In this document: positions 13,779-20,000 of the stretch, piece after piece | How the letters are laid out: each line of letters begins with the position of its first letter | Position numbering within the stretch: the first letter of the stretch is position 1 | DNA from: Catajapyx aquilonaris | Taxonomy: Eukaryota | Assembly: GCA_000934665.2 (NCBI GenBank) | Contig: KZ538375.1 | Coordinates: forward strand, 56,851 to 76,850 | Length of the DNA stretch: 20,000 nucleotides | Direction of reading: 5' to 3' | Program-made: the position numbers and the translations under genes | Notes under the pieces: generated by a model | The model's database searches: none | The model's input: the letters and a program-made list of their open reading frames with translations, nothing else | What the model was told of the DNA's origin: nothing

Positions 13779-16095
13779 AAAAAAATCTTGTAAGAGAAAC
13801 ACTGTCAATCATGTTTATATACTCATTTTGTCTACAATAGTGTAAATGGATCATGTAGGAAAACTCGTAAGTCAGATGTTCCCAGAAAAGGAAACATACC
13901 AGGCTCCTCTAGTGGGCAGGTGATTCCTGTAGCACATGCTCAGTGACATACTGTAGAGGAATTTGCTCCTTGCTGTCATTGTAGGCTATTTCTCATGTAT
14001 GTGTAATCATCCCCCTGTGAAAAGAAAAATAGTACTGTTCGATTTTCACATTCATGAATCAAAAGTAGGCCTTCAAAAGGTACGAGGGCATGCACTGTCT
14101 TGTCACTAACTACTGCCTTTATTTTAAAACTTTCCCATCAACCAATTTTAAGTGTTCACTTGAGGACATCACGAATTACATATTAACTCCTGACTTTAAA
14201 CAGTATGCCTTCAAGAATAGCTACAAGCTTGGAGCAATTATTCAGGCTATGTCCATGTTATTTTGAAGAAGCCAAAATTTTGTCACTTGCTTTTACTATC
14301 AAAACTAGGATGATTTCTGAATGGGGGAAATTTTAGATTGTGCAGTGACATTAATTGGTGCCATAGTTTTGCAAAGACTAATCCAAGACTCTGTAGCGAA
14401 CAAGGGAGATGAATAATGCCAAACGACTAGACGGCTATTTACATGACGATATTTTTGTGACCAAATATTTGTTGCACAACTTCACCCTCTCAACCCCTCT
14501 TTGCTCTACCTTGGAGGCTCAGACTATATCAGGAGCACTGTTATAATTTTTGTGAAATAGGCCTTGTATAGTACATCATCTGGAGCTTTTTCATCTTAGG
14601 GATTCAAAAGGAACCTTCCTGATTTGCACTTTCACCAGAACATGGTTCAGTGCAACCCAATGACGATGTGCCATGTTTGTGAGAGAATAGTAATAGTCCC
14701 CTCTTTTGCTCCTGCTCATTGGTTTCAGGAAGTAGTTATCCTGTTACATGCCATTGATGTAGAGTGTGAATCACTGTGTGCATTCACAAGTCATGTGTAA
14801 GGGTATGTCTGCAATTTGGTGGTGTGTTTTCTTTTTGTGAAAGACCATGGCATGTTTGCTACTGATTTTCATGGATGTTTGCTACTGATTGATGTTTTCA
14901 TAATATTTTCATGTTGCTCTTTGTTACGAGAAGGAATGCATGGATTTGATACGTACTTGAGGGGTCTTTTGCTACATGATGGATTTACTAGTTCCTCTTT
15001 TCTATGACTCGCCACATGAGAGGTGAGGCAGATTATTCCTTTATGCTCACACACACATATCAATAAGGATATTTCAATAGAGTAGTGGTGTGCCACTAGT
15101 CACCAGAGCGAATGTATTCTAGATCCCTTACGAACCTAACGGAAGTCATGTTATTTTTATTCAGAATAACCCTTGTTTTTCTTACCTACTTGGACGTCTG
15201 CAAAGACAGATGTGAACTGTCTTGGCTAAAGAAAACCACTGCTCCAGCTGGATGAATTTTGGCCTAGACTTAACTACCTGCTATGCTTGATTATGCCAAA
15301 GCTGCTCTGAAGCCTCACAAAATAATAGGCTGGTTATCTGCACCATCCTGCAGAACCTGTTCCATAGTTTTAGCAAAAGCAAGAAGCAGTCCAGGTTCCC
15401 CTTCCCAACACCATACTAAATGAAATGCCTAAGTTCTGATTATTATCTGAGAGTCTGAGTGATCATGTGTTGCACAAAATAATTTTCAGTCTGACATTCT
15501 TGACATCGAATATGTGCCCCATCAACCAGGATTTATCATTGCAAAATGTCTCCTTTGGTGCAGTGTGCAGGGTGGGATTCTCTTGGAATTTGCAGGGCTC
15601 ACTTAGATGTGAAATCTCGGAAAGTGACATTGCACCTCTGGAAGGCATAAAGTGGAATTCAAGCAGACCTATGGCTCGTACCATTTCTCACTGTTTTGGT
15701 TAGTGGAAATAAGATTTTGGATTATTATTGTTTGTTGGAAAAATAAGCTTTTCCTTTTAAAAAGTGGACTTTTCCAAAAAAATCTCGAAGGAAATTATTT
15801 TCTGGTCCAGTCAAAATTTCTAGCCTTTACACAACATTAAACCCGCCTTGTTGGTGAGTCTCTACTGCTTCATGTTCTTGGCTGAACTCTTCCTGGTGCA
15901 TTTTAGAATGAGAGTCCTTACCTGCCTTACTCTCCCAGCTAGTGACTTGTCGGGTTCAATCTGGAATACTCATCATGCCATCTGAGAATGAGTGACAAGC
16001 CAGTTCATGTCTGTCTCTTTCAACTCTTGAGAATGATTTCATTTAAGAAATAAATATATGAGGTCTTGAGCCTTGCATGATAAGTCTATAGGAAT

Positions 16096-16879
16096 ATAAG
16101 AGCGAAAACATTTCCTTCAGTGAAAAAAAGGGTAGTAAGACCTACGTGGTGGAATGAAAGTACTGAAACAAGGCAGGAGCACATAAGACCTTCACCGATT
16201 GATTTAAGCTGTACCATAGGTCTTACTCAAGCAATTCTCATGTACTGGATGGAAAGGCTCATAAAAATTACTGCTGCAAACTACTCAGGGCAGTAGGTAG
16301 GATTTTATTTTGAAAAGGAAAAAATGGGGGGAAAAAAATAAACCCATCCTAACAGACTTGGTCAAATCGAAAAATCTAAAATTCACCAATTAACGTTTGT
16401 ATGTGAAAAATTTAACATTAGAGTTAAAATCCACATCTAAAAGAGGTGACGATTCTGCATGAATGTTTCATGGCAATAATTCGCACCAATCGTATAGAAA
16501 TTCAATGTGCTTAAGATTGAAATTCTTAATTTCATAAAACACTAATGTAGAGTTGCTCATGGAAAATTAATGGGTGGAATTTTCGTCTTACTACTATTAC
16601 TAATAGGTCTATAGTTCCTGCTAACTTAGCAGTACCATTACACTACACTGGTACTGCTAAGTTAGAAGTAACTAGTAGTACGACGATAATTCCACAAATT
16701 TGTTTTCAGAAAGGAGATTTCATGAGTAGTAAATTGTTAATTGCTTGAGTCAGACCTGTGGTACAGCTTAAATCAATTGGTGAAGGTCTTGCATGCTCCT
16801 GCCTTGTTTCAGTAGTTTCATTCCGCCACGTAGGTCTTACTACCCTTTTTTTCACTGAAGGGAATGTTTTTGTTCTTAT
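16096..16879. repeat. Long inverted repeat / fold-back element: arms 16096-16236 and 16739-16879, ~500 bp spacer
   Basis: Manual alignment of the left arm to the reverse complement of the right arm gives 141 bp, 11 mismatches, no gaps. Confidence 0.92.
16574..16695. repeat. Nested hairpin: perfect 17-bp stem (16621-16637/16649-16665) plus outer 23-bp stem (16574-16596/16673-16695)
   Basis: CTAACTTAGCAGTACCA / TGGTACTGCTAAGTTAG; GTGGAATTTTCGTCTTACTACTA / TAGTAGTACGACGATAATTCCAC (21/23). Confidence 0.9.
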
Positions 16880-17627
16880 TCTTCTTGGACCCCACCCGTG
16901 CAAGCTGTCTCTCCATTTTCCAACCAAAAATAGTCCCCTTAGCAAGTAGAGCAATTATGAGACACTGTATGAGTTACTCAGAGGCCTCCTGTGAGGGCCG
17001 AGAGTGAACCCGGTACAATGACCATAGACCAGAAGTGGGGATTCCTAATTATTGAAGGCACCTGATTTTCCTCTCCTCAAAAATCTCGCCCCTAATGGTC
17101 AGATGACACCATCCTACAACCTCCTGTTAAATCCGGCACTGCTTTGGCTCCTTCCTATTAATAAACCTAAAAGAAATTCTGAGTTGCTCAACATTGTTAC
17201 GTGTGTATGTTCCAGTGATTCAGCTGACTTGACATAGAGTCTCACACTGAAACAGAACATGGAGTTATGAAACTCACTCTGATCTTTGGGCAAACACTGA
17301 CTCCTCATTCAAAATATCACACGTAAGCCTATCAGTTTCCCTGCTGATCCAACATAAAAGTATTTTGTAATTGGCCTCAATATTTCCACATGGCAAGGCA
17401 CAGCTGCATTGCATAATTGCTGTCCAGCCTGTCCTGGTTCAGCCTGCACATACCTGAATTCCAACACTATTTGCAAGGTGCAAAATCTGCTATGCGTTTC
17501 AACATTATCTCTGCAACAGGTTATATGGTTTTAAAAAGTGCCATCTCTGTAGGTACACAGCAATTGGTGTGCTCATGGGGGCAGCACAAGGTAATGCAAT
17601 AAAGGCAGGGTAAGTGATAAAAAGTAC

Positions 17628-17633
17628 TTTATT
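17628..17633 (-). terminator. Candidate polyadenylation signal (AATAAA) of the LNX-like gene
   Basis: TTTATT on the + strand ~340 bp downstream of the LNX stop codon. Confidence 0.45.
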
Positions 17634-17972
17634 TTCCTTCATTCAATAAATGGAAGGTTGTTGCTAGTAGTACCACAGTGGAGATTCTGCCATTATTATC
17701 ATTATTGTAATTATTATATTCACAATTCATCAAGGTGCATTAACAACCACAAGAGTCTTTTTACGATTGATCTGCTACCACTTGCTGGGGGCAGGTGTTC
17801 AGCTGCCCCACCACTGTTAACTAAAAAAAAAATTTACTCGCCACTCTGATGTAAGGATCGCATTACAAAATTAACTTCCAGAAAATAATTCGATTTCTAC
17901 ACTTGAGTCCTTGAAACAGTGGAAGTGTCCGGATTCGGCTTCTTTGTTTGTTGGCTGAATTGGGGTTAGAGA

Positions 17973-18565
17973 CTAGACCTCAGTGCCCATCCACGAAACA
18001 ACCTCCAGCTGTACCTGCGTTCCCGGCTGCATCAGCAGAGACACTGCAGTCGAGTGTTTCACGTTCTCCAGGCTGTAGCCGTCCATGGCCAACAAGCGAT
18101 CACTACACCTGTAACAAGTACACCTGTAATAAGCTTGGGTCTTGGGACTGCAGGTTAGAAAGAAGTTCATCTCCAGCTCCCAAGTCAAGTCACAGGAATT
18201 TTACATCTCCAATTTACATATAACCTGGCATGTGAGAAGTGGAGGTTCACAAACAGCTTTTCAACACAACACAATGATGGGTCTACTCACTTAAGTCGCC
18301 CATCATTGGCAGCTGGTGAGTGATGCACGACATACAGCACATGTATGGGCTCAGGCCCCCGACTGGGGTCAGCCCCTCCCACAATGATGAATCCCAGGCT
18401 GGCACCTGGGCTGCGCTGCAGGATCACAGTCTTGGAGAAGTGAAGGCAGCTGGGCAGGCGCAGCCAGTACAGCCAGGAGAGAACAAAGTTGGATGCTCCC
18501 AGGGTCGTCTCCGGGCCCTCCAGGACACCCAGTGACACCGCAGCCTTGTCCACCGTGGCCTTCAA
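17973..18565 (-). CDS. LNX: LNX1/LNX2-like (Ligand of Numb protein X) multi-PDZ protein, last two exons only (18565-18291 and 18108-17973); 5' part outside the window or lost (possible pseudogene fragment)
   Basis: SWLYWLRLPSCLHFSKTVILQRSPGASLGFIIVGG...SPAANDGRLK|CSDRLLAMDG...VQLEVVSWMGTEV* resembles the LNX1/2 C-terminus as I recall it (SW..WL.LP..L...K.IVL.R...GSLGF.IVGG...PA..DGR..CGD.LL.V.G...VSW.G). Phase-2 intron AA|gtgagt...ttacag|G; TAG at 17975-17973. Confidence 0.85.
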
Positions 18566-20000
18566 GAGTAACCCATAGACTCAGAGAGTAACCCATATAG
18601 AACATAACCCATAGTGTCACCATGTAGATCGTAACCCATATAGAGCATTATAACCTATATAGAGTAACCTATATAGAGTAACCCATATAGAAAGTACCCA
18701 TAGAGTACCCCATATAGAGAGTAACCCATAAAGTACCCCATAGAGCAACACATATAGAGCATAACCTATATAGAGTAACCCATAAAGAAACCCATAGAGT
18801 TACCCATAAAGTAACCCATGTAGAAAGTTACCCATAGAGTAATTACCCATATAGATAGTAACTATATAGGTTATGCTCTATATGGGTAACTTTCTATATG
18901 GGAAACTATAAGTAACTCTCTATATATGGGTTACTTTCTATATGGGCGACACTATGGGTTACTCTCTATATAGGTCACGCTCTATATGGGTTACTTTAAA
19001 ATATGGGTTACTATGAGTATCTCTCCTATATAGAGAGTAACCCATTGAGTAACCCATATAGAGCATAACCTATAAAAAGAGTAACTCCTGGAGTAACCCA
19101 TAGAGTAACCCATGTAGAGCATAACCTACATAGAGAGTAACCCATATAGAAAGTAACTCATTGAAAGTAACCCATAGAGTAACCCATAGTATAACCATAT
19201 AGATAGTAACCTACAGAGTAACCCATATGGAAAGTAACCCATAGTGTCACCCATATAGAGAGCAACCTATAGAGTAACCCATATAGAGCAAAACCTATAT
19301 AGAGAGTAACCCATATAGAAAGAAACTCATTGAAAGTAACCCATATAGTAACCCACATAGAGTCACTCATATAGAAAGTAACCCAGTGTCATATAGAGAG
19401 TAACCCTTATAGAAAGTTACCCATGGAGTTACCCATATAGAAAGTAACCCATATAGAATTTTACCCATGGAGTAACCCATAGAGAGCGTAACTATATAGG
19501 TTATGCTCTATATGGGTTACTCTATGCATTACTTTCTGTATGGGTTACTCTCTCTAAGGGTTACTTTCTGTATGGGTTACTCTATGGGTACTTTCTATAA
19601 GGGTTACACTATAAGTAACTCTCTATATAGGTTACACTCTATATGGGTTACTTTCTGTATGGGTGACACTATGGGTTACTCTATGGATCACTCTCTATAC
19701 GTATAGATCATGCTCTATATGGGTTTACTTTAGGATATGGGTTACTATATGAGTATCTCTCCTATACAGAGAGTAACCCAATGAGTAACCCATGTAGAGC
19801 ATAACCTCCATAGCGAGTACCCATATAGAGAGTAACCCATAAAGTAACCCTTATAGAGCGTAACTATATAGGTTATGCTCAATGTGTGTTACTCCATGGC
19901 TTACTTTCTGTATGGGTTACTGTATGGGTATGGGTATAGGAGAGATACTCATAGTAACCCATAAAGAAAGTAACCCATATACAGCGCAACATATATAGAG
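18566..20000. repeat. Complex minisatellite, 12-16 bp monomers (consensus ~AGAGTAACCCATAT), arranged in alternating orientation blocks; runs off the window end
   Basis: Dozens of GTAACCCAT / ATGGGTTAC copies; orientation flips near 18865, 19025, 19495, 19760, 19867 and 19935. Confidence 0.97.

Noticed and set aside
14846..14890. ~23-bp direct duplication CATGG(C)ATGTTTGCTACTGATT
   Set aside because: Simple local slippage duplication with two copies and no further structure
15186..15981. Minus-strand splice-like signals (12-nt microexon 15186-15197; 39/60-nt exon ending 15922)
   Set aside because: Could not be assembled into a coherent ORF or linked to a gene; they lie beyond the LNX stop and poly(A) signal
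15900..17315. Weak inverted similarity between 15900-16020 and 17250-17315 as outer arms of the fold-back
   Set aside because: Gapped and patchy by eye; cannot be separated from chance without an alignment statistic
19158..19706. ORFs within the satellite; repeat arrays as CRISPR
   Set aside because: Repeat translations; no unique spacers; eukaryotic context

Overview
Eukaryotic (invertebrate, probably arthropod; an inference) genomic DNA with short GT-AG introns. It carries three protein-coding loci. (1) A complete + strand Gfi1/senseless-family repressor, CDS 4434-7665 in 5 coding exons (~391 aa), with SNAG domain, PLNLS CtBP motif and six C2H2 fingers. Its non-coding DNA is rich in regulatory motifs: an E-box cluster, two Su(H)/N-box composite sites, Gfi1-type AATCAC sites and two miR-9 seed sites in the 3' UTR. 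(2) A complete + strand METTL13 (eEF1A-KNMT), CDS 10980-13778 in 7 exons (~692 aa), with a long overlapping alternative-frame ORF at its 5' end. (3) The last two exons of a - strand LNX1/2-like multi-PDZ gene (17973-18565) that abut a TAACCC-containing satellite with recurring inversion junctions (18566-20000). Between METTL13 and LNX lies an ~780 bp fold-back: 141 bp inverted arms, ~92% identical, with mismatches mostly G:U-compatible on the + strand and nested hairpins. It is a candidate hairpin RNA/dsRNA element or a MITE. All alignments and counts were done by eye; no database searches were run.
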